Positions 43,222-51,841 of a stretch of DNA of 51,841 nucleotides are shown here, in pieces. The DNA lies in contig DAIUEO010000005.1 of the NCBI GenBank assembly GCA_036845125.1, positions 1 to 51,841 on the forward strand, written 5' to 3'. The DNA comes from Candidatus Eiseniibacteriota bacterium. Lineage in GTDB: Bacteria > Eisenbacteria > RBG-16-71-46. Below the pieces are notes generated by a model, which had not been told where the DNA came from, did not search any database, and saw nothing but the letters and a program-made list of their open reading frames with translations. Within the stretch, counting starts at the first letter, position 1, and each line of letters opens with the position of its first letter. Both the position numbers and the translations under genes were made by a program.

Positions 43222-44054
43222 TGCGCGACCTCCTCACGATCGCCCACCTCACGCTCCACGAGACGGTGCGCCGGCGCGTCCTGCTGGCCGCGCTGATCGG
43301 CGGCGCCGCGTTCCTCGTGCTGTTCGCGGTCGGGATGCACTTCGTGAACCTCGATGCCGTGAAGAGCGACGCCTCGGCGATGGAGCGCCGCATCATGTTC
43401 AGCATCCTCACGCTCGCGGGACTCTTCGCCGCGAGCCGGCTCGTCATGATGACCGCCGTGCTGCTCCCGGTGGACACGCTCTCCGGCGAGATCGCCTCCG
43501 GCGTCATCCAGACCGTGGCGTCCAAGCCGATTCGGCGCCGCGACATCGTGCTCGGGAAATGGCTCGGTCACTGGCTGGTGATGGCGGGCTACCTGGTTCT
43601 GCTCACGGGCGGCGTGCTCCTGATCATCCGGGTGATCGCGCACCAATCCCCGCCGCGGCTCGAGCGCGGGCTGCCGCTCATGCTGCTCGAGGGCACGGTG
43701 CTGCTCACCCTCTCGATCGCGGGCGGCACGCGGCTCAGCACCATCACCAACGGCATGTTCGCGTTCGGCCTCTACGGCATCGCCTTCATCGGCAACTGGG
43801 TCGAGCAGATCGGCACCTTCACCGACAACGAGGCGGCCCGCTACGTGGGCACGGTGGCGAGCCTCATCATGCCGAGCGAGGCGATGTGGCAGCTCGCCGC
43901 CGCCCACATGCAGCCCACCCTGATGCGCGAGCTGGGCGCCACGCCGTTCTCGCCGCTCTCGGTGCCGAGTGCGGCGATGGTGTGGTGGTCGCTCGGCTAC
44001 GTCGTGGTGGCGCTCGCGATCGGACTCAGGATCTTCCAGAAGCGCCCGCTCTAG
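43221..44054 (+). CDS. ABC-2-type transporter permease
   Basis: 277 aa with about six TM helices. The start overlaps the ATPase gene stop (TGATG). Confidence 0.7.
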   Translation: MRDLLTIAHLTLHETVRRRVLLAALIGGAAFLVLFAVGMHFVNLDAVKSDASAMERRIMFSILTLAGLFAASRLVMMTAVLLPVDTLSGEIASGVIQTVASKPIRRRDIVLGKWLGHWLVMAGYLVLLTGGVLLIIRVIAHQSPPRLERGLPLMLLEGTVLLTLSIAGGTRLSTITNGMFAFGLYGIAFIGNWVEQIGTFTDNEAARYVGTVASLIMPSEAMWQLAAAHMQPTLMRELGATPFSPLSVPSAAMVWWSLGYVVVALAIGLRIFQKRPL

Positions 44055-44055
44055 C

Positions 44056-44877
44056 TCACGTCCGGGTCGCGACGACCTGCAGGAACTCGCTGGTCAACAG
44101 CACGGTCCCGTCACTCGCTTCGTTGCCCGCGGCGTACAGCTCCTCCATCTCGCGCCGGAAGGCCGACTGGCCCTCCGCGTCCAGCGACTGGAACGTGCGC
44201 AGGGTCGGTGGCGAGTAGGTGATCTGATTCTCGACCGTCTCGCGCACGCCGTATGGATAGCGGAATACCGCGGAGCGCGGCGTGATCTCCACCTTCGAGA
44301 AGCCCTCCCGGAAGCGCTCACGTACGACGGCCGGGTCGCCCCACAGGAGAGGAGGCGCCATGCCGGGAGGGGGTGGGGCGTACTTCATATTGAGCTTGAA
44401 TGACCGGGCCAGGAACCCGGAGGCGGTCCAGTTGGCCATCACGATGCGGCCACCGGGGCGGACGACGCGCTTCATCTCCGAAACGGCCAGCTCGGGTCGC
44501 GGCGCGAACATCGCTCCGAAGATCGAGATGAGGAGATCGAAGGACGCATCGGGGAAGGCGAGCTGCTCGACATCGCCCTCTTCGAAGCGGATCTCGACTC
44601 CCGCCTCGCGGGCCCGGGTGCGGGCCTGCTCGAGGAGATTCGGGGCGATGTCGACGCCGATCACCTCGGCCCCCTGACGTGCCAGCGGGATCGCGGAGTT
44701 CCCCGTGCCGCAGGCGATGTCCAGCACCTTCAGGCCGGGCCGGATGCCGAGGGAGTCCACGACCTCCTGGTTCGACTTCTCGATCTGGTGGGCGATGACC
44801 CCGAAGTCGCCTCCGGTCCAGGTGGCCTTGATCCGCGCCTTGAGCGCGTCGATGTCCGGGATGGGGGTGACACTCAT
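44056..44877 (-). CDS. class I SAM-dependent methyltransferase
   Basis: ORF 44056..45120. ATG 44877 follows AGGAGG. Motif I is KVLDIACGTGNSAIPLAR and the post-I segment is VIGVDIAP. The longer upstream extension is Arg/Pro-rich and not protein-like. Confidence 0.85.
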   Translation of the reverse strand: MSVTPIPDIDALKARIKATWTGGDFGVIAHQIEKSNQEVVDSLGIRPGLKVLDIACGTGNSAIPLARQGAEVIGVDIAPNLLEQARTRAREAGVEIRFEEGDVEQLAFPDASFDLLISIFGAMFAPRPELAVSEMKRVVRPGGRIVMANWTASGFLARSFKLNMKYAPPPPGMAPPLLWGDPAVVRERFREGFSKVEITPRSAVFRYPYGVRETVENQITYSPPTLRTFQSLDAEGQSAFRREMEELYAAGNEASDGTVLLTSEFLQVVATRT

Positions 44878-45076
44878 GCTGCCTCCTGAGACTCCCCGCC
44901 GGGGAGCCGGATGGGCCGACCAACCAAAAGGGTGATTACGGGTAATGAATGTGTCGCGGGGCGGAGGCCATCGCAACCGGGCCTTTACCGGCTTCCGCGA
45001 GCGTGGTGGAATTGTAGCCCGAGAGTTCGCCGCACGGTCCGGTGCCTGCCCGCCGGCCGGAGAAGAAGGGGGTCGC

Positions 45077-46864
45077 ATGATCCGGTTCGAGCATGCCGGA
45101 CGGACTCCGCCGTCGCTCACGACGGCGGCAGCCCTCGCCCTGGCGCTGTCGCTCGGCCCGGGTGCGGCTCCCGCCGCCGTCCTGATGCACGAAGGCTTCC
45201 ACTACTCGAACGGGCCGCTGGTTCCGAACGGCGGGTGGTCGGCCATCAGCTCGGCCGGATCCAAGACGGTCCAGGTGGCCGCGGGGAAGGTCGTCCTCCA
45301 GCAAAGCGCCGGCGTCGGCGAGGACGTCAGCCGCGCGTTCCCGTCTCAGAGTGCGGGGGCGTCGGTCTTCGCGGCGTTCTTCCTGACGGTTCCGCCGGGT
45401 GCGATCGGAACGGGCACCGAGTACTTCGCCCATTTCCGGCAGGCGGTGGCCAACAACTTCCGGACGCGCGTCGCCGTCGGTCCCGGGCCCGCGAACCCGG
45501 GGGACTACGGGCTCTACCTGCAGCACGGAGGGACTTCCCCTTCGTTCTCGTGGCCGGTCCGCCTGCGATTCAACGTCACGTACCTGATCGTGACCCAGTA
45601 CGACGGCGCGGCCAATCTGAGCCGGCTCTGGGTGAATCCGGTTTCGTCCGCGAGTCCCAGCATCAGCGTTAGCGATGTCACTCCGCCGGTGCCGCTCGAT
45701 TCGTACGGGTTCCGTCAGGCCTCCCCGGTCGGAGCGACGTTCGTCGAGTGGATCGACGAGCTTCGCGTGGCGACCACCTTCGCCGACGTCTACCCCGTGC
45801 TCGACGTGGTCGATCTGTCGGGTGACGCCTCGGATGCCGCCCATCCGAAGCTCACCCGGATGGAGGACGGCGGATTGTTCGCGGTGTGGGGGCGCGCCGG
45901 TTATCGGGTGGCCTACAGCCACTCGCCGGGGAAGGGCGTCAATTTCTCGGAGCCGCGGTTGCTCGACGTGCCAAGCCGGCATCCGGCGACGATCCAGACG
46001 AACAACGAAGTGCTCCTGGTGGCGGCCGTCACGCACGATCTGTCCAGCCTCCGGACCGGCCCCGGCGAGATCACCGTGGGCCCGGTGATCGCAAGCGTCG
46101 ATCCGACGGACAACGCGGCCCGACCCGAGTTCGCAAAAGATGCTGCCGCCGAAACCACTCACGTCGTCGCGATCGTGTGGGACGCCGATTCCTCGGTGAT
46201 CCTCTACTCCCAGACCTCCGATGACGGGGCCACGTTCAAGTCGGCAGAGGCGATCGGACCGTCGGACGGCCACGTCCAATGGCGGCCCGACATCGCGCGC
46301 TACTCCTACCGAGTCGAGGCGATGTGGAACTGCAGCGCGAGCCCCAGCGAGGAGTGGATCATGCACACGCGCACCTCCGTCCCGAATCTGTTCCAGGTCC
46401 CGGACCGGATCTCGGCGATGGGCCGCCGCGCCCGTGATCCACAGGTGTCCTACGCGGGTCCCTCCACCTGGGACGCAGTCTGGATCGAGCTCGGGGTGGG
46501 CGGTGGACCGGACTCCCTCGTCCTCGCGACGTCCTCTTCAGACGGCGTCGTGTACACCAAGCAGTTCACCGTGGCCATTCCTGCCCTGCCCGGCACCGCC
46601 CGTCACACTTCGATGATTCGGAGCGCGGATGGAGCGCTGCACATCGCGTTCGATGCCACGGTCAACGGCAGCATCGAAGTGCTGTACGCATCGATCCCCA
46701 GCACCCGGAACGCCTTCAGCGGCCCGTTCATCCTCTCCGGGTCGCCGGGGGCCTCGACCGATCCTTGCGTGGCCATCGACGTCAACGGGCGGCCGGTCTT
46801 CGTGTGGTCCGAGCTGATCGGCGGCGTTCGCGACATCGCGTTCACCCGATGGCTGCTGCCTTGA
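45077..46864 (+). CDS. secreted protein, possibly a BNR/sialidase-like beta-propeller
   Basis: ORF 44945..46864, with ATG 45077 giving a signal peptide (...AAALALALSLGPGAAPAAV). There is one good Asp-box (TSDDGATF) plus blade-like repeats (VAIVWDADSSVILYSQTSDDGATF; AVWIELG...LVLATSSSDGVVYT; VFVWSEL). There is no CTD. Confidence 0.5.
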   Translation: MIRFEHAGRTPPSLTTAAALALALSLGPGAAPAAVLMHEGFHYSNGPLVPNGGWSAISSAGSKTVQVAAGKVVLQQSAGVGEDVSRAFPSQSAGASVFAAFFLTVPPGAIGTGTEYFAHFRQAVANNFRTRVAVGPGPANPGDYGLYLQHGGTSPSFSWPVRLRFNVTYLIVTQYDGAANLSRLWVNPVSSASPSISVSDVTPPVPLDSYGFRQASPVGATFVEWIDELRVATTFADVYPVLDVVDLSGDASDAAHPKLTRMEDGGLFAVWGRAGYRVAYSHSPGKGVNFSEPRLLDVPSRHPATIQTNNEVLLVAAVTHDLSSLRTGPGEITVGPVIASVDPTDNAARPEFAKDAAAETTHVVAIVWDADSSVILYSQTSDDGATFKSAEAIGPSDGHVQWRPDIARYSYRVEAMWNCSASPSEEWIMHTRTSVPNLFQVPDRISAMGRRARDPQVSYAGPSTWDAVWIELGVGGGPDSLVLATSSSDGVVYTKQFTVAIPALPGTARHTSMIRSADGALHIAFDATVNGSIEVLYASIPSTRNAFSGPFILSGSPGASTDPCVAIDVNGRPVFVWSELIGGVRDIAFTRWLLP

Positions 46865-46880
46865 AGGAAGGAGGGAAGCG

Positions 46881-48671
46881 ATGATTCGAAAACTGCGATC
46901 CGCTTGGGTCTTCGCCCTCCTCGTGATGGTCCTCGGCGCTCGCCCTGCCGCGGCGGACTGGACGAACCCCGATGGGCAGAGCCTGCAGCCGACGATCAAG
47001 CCGGAGCGGATCAGCGTGATCTCCGATGGCAGGTACGGCGCCTACTTCGTGTGGACGAGCGGGGCGGGGCCGAACTCGGACGTCTACGTGCAGCGGCTCA
47101 ATGCCTCCGGCGCCGCTCCGGCGACGGAAGGGGACCCCTGGCTGTGGGGGGCGCCGATGCTGGTGAGCGACGCCCCGAGCAGCCGGCAGCGGAACGCCAC
47201 CGCGGTGTTCGATTGCAGCAAGGGCATCTTCGTGGCGTGGGAGGACGGCGCCGGGGCAGCGTTCACCGGCACGGACATCATCCTCCAGCACGTCAACCCC
47301 AACGGCGAGCGGGCGGACGATCTTCCCGTCGTACTCGCGCTCGGTGAGCAGGTTGCCCCGTCGCTGGCGGCTTCGAAGAACACCGGCGCCCCCGGAGGCG
47401 AGGACGGTCTCCTCGTCGTATGGCAGGACTCGCGCAACATTGCGACCGACGGCTACAAGATCCGCGGGCAACGGGCCTCGGGGGCCGGGCCGTGCGATCC
47501 GATCGTCACTTTGCAGTGGGGATCCACCGGTAGCTTCGCGACGCCGCTGTGCGACCAGTTGACGTTCCAGTATCACCCGAAGGTGGCATCGGATCACCTC
47601 GGTGGCGCCGTCATCGTATGGGAAGACGTTCGCGACGGGTTCAGCGACGTTTACGCGTCGCACCTGACCTCCGCAGGCGCCTGGGACTCGACCTGGGGTG
47701 GCCTGGCCTCGCGCTGCGGGATCAACCTGACCCCCGGGACGTTGGACAGCGATCAGTTCCGGGTCGTGCTCGCGAGCGACGGCCGGGGGGGCGCGTTCGT
47801 GGCCTGGCTCGACGATCGTAACGGCAACAGCGACGTCTACGCGGGACGCCTCAACCTGAATGGAACGTTCTCGGCGGAGAAGCTCACGGCGAAGGTCGGC
47901 CGCAGCGTCAGCCTCGACATTGCGCCGGATGGCGCCAAGGGGGCTCTGGTCACCTGGCAGTACACCGATCCCAGCACCGGCCACGACATCTACGCCCAGC
48001 GTCTGGATCCGAACGGAAGCCCGATGTGGGCGACGGGCGGGGTCGTGGTCTGCGCGCAGAACGGTGGCCAGACTAATCCCGAGATCGTCTCCAACGCCGG
48101 TCAGGGCGCCTGGATCACCTGGATGGACACGAGGTCGAGTCCGCTCGGAACGAGCCCCGACATCTATGTGAACAACGTGAGCCGTTTCGGCAGCCCCGCG
48201 ACCGAGTGGTCGCTGGCGGGAGGCCACCTGATGTGTGCCGCCGACGAGCCGCAATCGCGGCCCGGAGTGGGGGTCACCCCCGACGGCTCGGCGATCGTCG
48301 CGTGGGAGGACCTGCGACCGGGCTCGACCGGTCTTTACGCCGAGAAGGTCGCCACGGTGGCCTCGGTTGCTGTATTCGACGAGGATCCTCAGGATCGCAT
48401 CGAGATCTCACGCGGCGCACCGAATCCATTTCGGAGCCGCGTGCGGCTCTCGATCGCCCTGACGGCCGAGGCGCCGGTGGTCCTCGAGTTGTACGACATG
48501 CAGGGAAGGCGCATTCGAACCCTTGCTCGTCGGACGCTGGGACCCGGCAGTCACTCATTCGAATGGGACGGAGCTCGTGATGGAGGCGCACCGGCGGCAC
48601 CAGGTGTCTACGTGCTTCGGGCGCGGGTTCGCGACGTCGAGGAGCACCAGAAGCTGGTTCGGCTGCGCTAG
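46881..48671 (+). CDS. secreted protein with about eight ~60-aa W.D.R...DIYAQRL-type repeats and a FlgD-Ig/T9SS-type CTD
   Basis: GGAGGG RBS and signal peptide MIRKLRSAWVFALLVMVLGARPAAA. Repeat anchors: SDVYVQRLN, TDIILQHVN, DGYKIRGQR, SDVYASHLT, SDVYAGRLN, HDIYAQRLD, PDIYVNNVS, TGLYAEKVA. CTD: GAPNPFRSRVRLSIAL...VVLELYDMQGRRIRTL...GVYVLRARV....LVRLR. Confidence 0.7.
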   Translation: MIRKLRSAWVFALLVMVLGARPAAADWTNPDGQSLQPTIKPERISVISDGRYGAYFVWTSGAGPNSDVYVQRLNASGAAPATEGDPWLWGAPMLVSDAPSSRQRNATAVFDCSKGIFVAWEDGAGAAFTGTDIILQHVNPNGERADDLPVVLALGEQVAPSLAASKNTGAPGGEDGLLVVWQDSRNIATDGYKIRGQRASGAGPCDPIVTLQWGSTGSFATPLCDQLTFQYHPKVASDHLGGAVIVWEDVRDGFSDVYASHLTSAGAWDSTWGGLASRCGINLTPGTLDSDQFRVVLASDGRGGAFVAWLDDRNGNSDVYAGRLNLNGTFSAEKLTAKVGRSVSLDIAPDGAKGALVTWQYTDPSTGHDIYAQRLDPNGSPMWATGGVVVCAQNGGQTNPEIVSNAGQGAWITWMDTRSSPLGTSPDIYVNNVSRFGSPATEWSLAGGHLMCAADEPQSRPGVGVTPDGSAIVAWEDLRPGSTGLYAEKVATVASVAVFDEDPQDRIEISRGAPNPFRSRVRLSIALTAEAPVVLELYDMQGRRIRTLARRTLGPGSHSFEWDGARDGGAPAAPGVYVLRARVRDVEEHQKLVRLR

Positions 48672-48729
48672 AGGAACGGACCTGCCCATTCGCGGATCGG
48701 CGCGACTCACGGTACCGGCGCTGGTCGCT

Positions 48730-51700
48730 GTGTGCGCGCTCGCCATGCTCCACGCGCCGGTCGAGGCGGCGTGGCGCCGGTTCGGCACCGCTGACGGACT
48801 GATCGCCGCGCCCGTGCTGGCCATGGCCGAGGACTCATCGGGCACCCTGTGGTTCGGGACCGACCAGGGGATCACCCGCAGCGATGGTGCCGACTGGCGG
48901 AGCACCGACAGTGTCTCGGTGCGGTCCGTTCGTGCACTCCTTGCGATGGGCCCGGACGAAGTGTGGTGCGGGACTGCTTCGGGCATCGCGACTCTCGATC
49001 GGGACATGCAGGTACGGTCGGTCCTGACCGTGGCCAGCACGGCCGGCGGGCTCGTGTCGGACGCCGTGCGATCCCTGATGCTCGATGCCCGGGGTCACGT
49101 GTGGGTCGGCACCGATCACGGAGTGAGTGAACTCGATCGTTCCGCCGGCACCTGGACCAACTCTCTGCCGGGCGTCGCCGTGCGATCGATCGCCGGGGAC
49201 CGGGCCGGCGGGGTCTGGCTCGGCACGAACGCAGGCGCGTATCGATATCACCCCGACAGTCTGCCGCAGTGGAAGTCGTTTCCAAGGGGAGGCGTGAAGG
49301 ACGACATCGCTGCCATCTTCGTGAGCCGTGGCGGGCAGGTCTGGACGGGCTGGCCCGCCAACGCCGATTTGGGCGGAGTGAGCATGCTCGATGGCATGAG
49401 CTGGGTGGACTACCGATGGGCCGAGACTCCGACCCTGAGATTCGTGGAGGTCCAGGGGATAACGGAGAACCCGGCGGGCAACATCTGGATCGGGCACGGG
49501 CAGGGTCTCAGTCGCTTCGACGGCAGGACGTGGAGGAGTTACCGGGCCGATCTTGCGGACCCTGTGAGCTGCATCCACGTCGATGGCCCGGGAAACATCT
49601 GGGGAGGCGTGCCCGACGGAGTGATCCGCTATGACCGCGCCTCCTGGGCGACGTTCGTCGGCTCCGCTCTCGAGAATCGCTTCATTCGCGCCGTAACCCA
49701 GGATTCGACGGGCGCGGTGTGGTCAGGCACCGAGGGCGGCGGAGCCATTCGCTACCGAGGCGACGGGATCACGGTGTTCGGCGTTGCCGACGGACTCGCC
49801 GGGAACACCGTCACGGGGATCGCGCGCGACGGCGACGCGCTCTGGTTTGCCACCTCGAGCGGCGTCTCACGGTTCAACGGGGCTTCGTGGGTCTCGTACT
49901 CGTCCACCACTTCGGGACTCGTTTCGGACGACGTTCGCGCGGTAGTCCGAGACGGGTCGGGCGCACTGTGGTTCGCAACAGGCGCCGGGTTGAGCCGCTT
50001 CGCCGGCGGCTCGTGGACGACCTTCACGCAAGGCGACGGACTTGCGGGCAATGACGTGCACTGTCTTGCCGCCGATCGCGCCAACGGGATCTGGGTCGGC
50101 ACGGAGTCCGGCGCGAGTCACTTCGACGGCGCGACCTGGACGACGTACCGGGCTGCCGGTGGAACCCTTTCCGACGACCGCGTCCACGCGATTCACGAGG
50201 ATCGGTCGGGGCGGGTCTGGTTCGGAACCGAGCAGGGGGTCAGCGTCCTCGAGAATTCGTCCTGGCGTCATTTCACCACCGCGGACGGTCTCATCGACAA
50301 TCGCATCCGAGCCATCCTGGAAGACCGCAACGGGACCATCTGGGTGGCGATGCAGAACTGGGTGGCACGGTACGACGCGTCGTGGGTGATCCCCGGCATC
50401 CCTGCGACAGTCCCCTCGACGGCGATCAGAACCCTGTTCGAGGAGCGGTCCGGCGATATCTGGCTCGGCACGATCGACGGCGTCATTCGCCACGAGCCCG
50501 ATCGCGTCGCGCCGCAGACCGTCCTCACGCTGCAGCCGCCGGCACTCTCCGCGAGCCGGCGGCAGCCGTTCCGCTTCGCTCCCGCCTTCGAAGACGATGC
50601 CGGCGTGGAGTACCGGTACGCATTGGATCAGGGGCCATGGTCCAGCTGGTCCGACCAGGAGTTGATCGTCCTCGACGACCTCCCGAGTCGTTCTCACGAG
50701 CTTCGCGTGATGGCGCGCGACCCGCTGCGGCAGGCGGACCCGACGCCGGCCGTCGCGCGCTTCACCATCGATGCCGATCCGCCGGCCCCCGTGATCGCCG
50801 CACTCGGTGAATCCGTCAGCGACTCGATCCTGATCCGCGGCACCGCCGACGATCCGCTGTTCCGGTCGTTCCGCGTGGAGGTGCGCGCGCAGGGAAGCGC
50901 GACACCGCAGATCCTTCCCGCGACGGGTGGCGGAACGTCACCGGTGCGCGATGGCGTGCTCGCGGGGTGGAACACCGGGAGCTTTCCGGACGGCAATTAC
51001 GAGCTGCGCGTGGCGGTTCTCGACGCGCTCGGGCTCGAAGGGGTCGCGACCTTGCAGGTCGAGGTCGACAACGCGTTCCCTTCCGCCGCACTCACCTCGC
51101 CGGTGCGCATCCGGCGGGAAGCGGGCGGAGACGTGTACGCGGTGAACGGGACCGCCCACCTCTATATCCCTCCGGGTGCGCTGCCGGGGGACGCCGAGGT
51201 CACACTCGAGCCCGCGGCGCTCCAGGTGGACACGTTGAGCGACGGCGCGTCACGTATCGGCCCCGCGATGAAGCTCGATTGGGGAGGCTCACGGCTCATG
51301 AAGCCGGCGGTGCTCGACTTGCCGCTGGGCAGCGTGCCTGCGGGCAGATCGCCCTCGATCCGAACGTCGGCGGGTGGTTCGATCGATCCGTGGCATGTAG
51401 TGGGAGGGACCGTCGCCGCGGACGGCTCGCACCTCACCGCTGTGATCACCGACCCGGGCAGCTATGGCGTGTACGCGGCCGGAGCCGGCGGCACGCCGCC
51501 GGCATCCGGGACGATCTCGCCGCTCTCGTTCACCCCGCGCGCGTTCTCGCCGAGCGGCGGATACGCCGCGAGCGAGGTCGCGATCGGGTTCACGCTCGGC
51601 GCTTCCGCGGCGGTCACGGTCAAGGTCTACAACCGCGCCGGGCGTCTCGTGCGCCGGGTCGCCGATCATGCGTCGATGGGCCCGGGTGGGAACGTGGTGC

Positions 51701-51810
51701 GCTGGGACGGGCGCGATGGCGACGGTGGTCGTGTTCCCGCCGGGCTCTACCTGGTCACGGTGGAAGCGCTCGGAGAAACGAAGCAGGGAGCGCTCGCCAT
51801 ACTCGAGTGA
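48730..51810 (+). CDS. secreted Reg_prop (two-component-regulator propeller) plus Y_Y_Y protein with a FlgD-Ig/T9SS-type CTD and no kinase or receiver; the start is uncertain
   Basis: ORF 48523..51810. There are at least 12 repeats of the G.(I/V/L)W.GT..G(L/V/I)..(F/Y/L)(D/N)-type (GTLWFGTDQGITRSDG, HVWVGTDHGVSELD, GIWVGTESGASHFDG and others). The Y_Y_Y-like block is VEYRYALDQGPWSSWSDQELIVLDDLPSRSHELRVMARD. CTD: ...VAIGFTLGASAAVTVKVYNRAGRLVRRV...GLYLVTVEALG...ALAILE. Candidate starts are ATG 48580, CTG 48682, GTG 48730 and ATG 48745. Confidence 0.75.
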   Translation: MCALAMLHAPVEAAWRRFGTADGLIAAPVLAMAEDSSGTLWFGTDQGITRSDGADWRSTDSVSVRSVRALLAMGPDEVWCGTASGIATLDRDMQVRSVLTVASTAGGLVSDAVRSLMLDARGHVWVGTDHGVSELDRSAGTWTNSLPGVAVRSIAGDRAGGVWLGTNAGAYRYHPDSLPQWKSFPRGGVKDDIAAIFVSRGGQVWTGWPANADLGGVSMLDGMSWVDYRWAETPTLRFVEVQGITENPAGNIWIGHGQGLSRFDGRTWRSYRADLADPVSCIHVDGPGNIWGGVPDGVIRYDRASWATFVGSALENRFIRAVTQDSTGAVWSGTEGGGAIRYRGDGITVFGVADGLAGNTVTGIARDGDALWFATSSGVSRFNGASWVSYSSTTSGLVSDDVRAVVRDGSGALWFATGAGLSRFAGGSWTTFTQGDGLAGNDVHCLAADRANGIWVGTESGASHFDGATWTTYRAAGGTLSDDRVHAIHEDRSGRVWFGTEQGVSVLENSSWRHFTTADGLIDNRIRAILEDRNGTIWVAMQNWVARYDASWVIPGIPATVPSTAIRTLFEERSGDIWLGTIDGVIRHEPDRVAPQTVLTLQPPALSASRRQPFRFAPAFEDDAGVEYRYALDQGPWSSWSDQELIVLDDLPSRSHELRVMARDPLRQADPTPAVARFTIDADPPAPVIAALGESVSDSILIRGTADDPLFRSFRVEVRAQGSATPQILPATGGGTSPVRDGVLAGWNTGSFPDGNYELRVAVLDALGLEGVATLQVEVDNAFPSAALTSPVRIRREAGGDVYAVNGTAHLYIPPGALPGDAEVTLEPAALQVDTLSDGASRIGPAMKLDWGGSRLMKPAVLDLPLGSVPAGRSPSIRTSAGGSIDPWHVVGGTVAADGSHLTAVITDPGSYGVYAAGAGGTPPASGTISPLSFTPRAFSPSGGYAASEVAIGFTLGASAAVTVKVYNRAGRLVRRVADHASMGPGGNVVRWDGRDGDGGRVPAGLYLVTVEALGETKQGALAILE

Positions 51811-51841
51811 TATGGAACGACCCTAGGTCAAGGCACTTTTT

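Noticed and set aside
44925-44936. A small palindrome, ATTACGGGTAAT, in the divergent region between the methyltransferase and the BNR-like gene.
   Set aside because: It has only 5-bp arms and occurs once, which is within chance expectation. There is no supporting context.
1-51841. CRISPR arrays, rRNA genes, IS elements/transposases, integrases and prophage structural genes.
   Set aside because: I saw no short regularly spaced repeats, no rRNA-like sequence, and no DDE, tyrosine or serine recombinase motifs in any frame of the track. For that reason the tRNA-adjacent island is not called a mobile element.

Overview
This is a high-GC bacterial chromosomal segment. Hand counts on sample 60-nt lines give about 63-77% G+C outside one island. 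It is gene-dense, with about 42 protein genes and one tRNA-Ala(GGC), and many neighbouring genes overlap by 1-4 nt at stop/start. The main theme is the cell envelope and secretome. Six large secreted proteins share the same ~85-aa C-terminal FlgD-Ig/T9SS-type sorting-like domain (CTD): a lipase-like hydrolase, an FG-GAP propeller, a beta-helical repeat protein, a 1604-aa LTD plus clostripain-like peptidase, a DIYAQR-type repeat protein and a Reg_prop/Y_Y_Y protein. Other envelope genes are a TonB-dependent receptor operon headed by a LytS-type kinase, three GT-C-like membrane glycosyltransferases, a MacA plus two MacB-type permease cluster, an ABC-2 exporter, an OM barrel, and two ECF sigma/anti-sigma modules. 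This content suggests an uncultivated FCB-group-like lineage (Gemmatimonadota/Eisenbacteria-like), but that is inference only. The stand-out region is a ~5 kb low-GC island (about 47-62% on sample lines) directly downstream of tRNA-Ala, at 15953-20895. It carries a SEC-C-motif protein with a PD-(D/E)xK-like core, a convergent HNH-domain protein, a secreted protein, a 2-TM protein and a HEPN-like (Rx4H) ORF with no canonical start. It also holds a decayed fragment of a native CTD gene, and it has no integrase or transposase. I consider this island the best candidate for an undescribed (defence-like) system. Further observations are a LytTR/AlgR-like paired direct repeat upstream of the kinase operon, and a 51-nt ECF-sigma gene fragment that forms a direct repeat bracketing the giant peptidase gene. 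No CRISPR array, rRNA, IS element or prophage gene was recognised. All family assignments come from motif recognition by eye; no searches were run.
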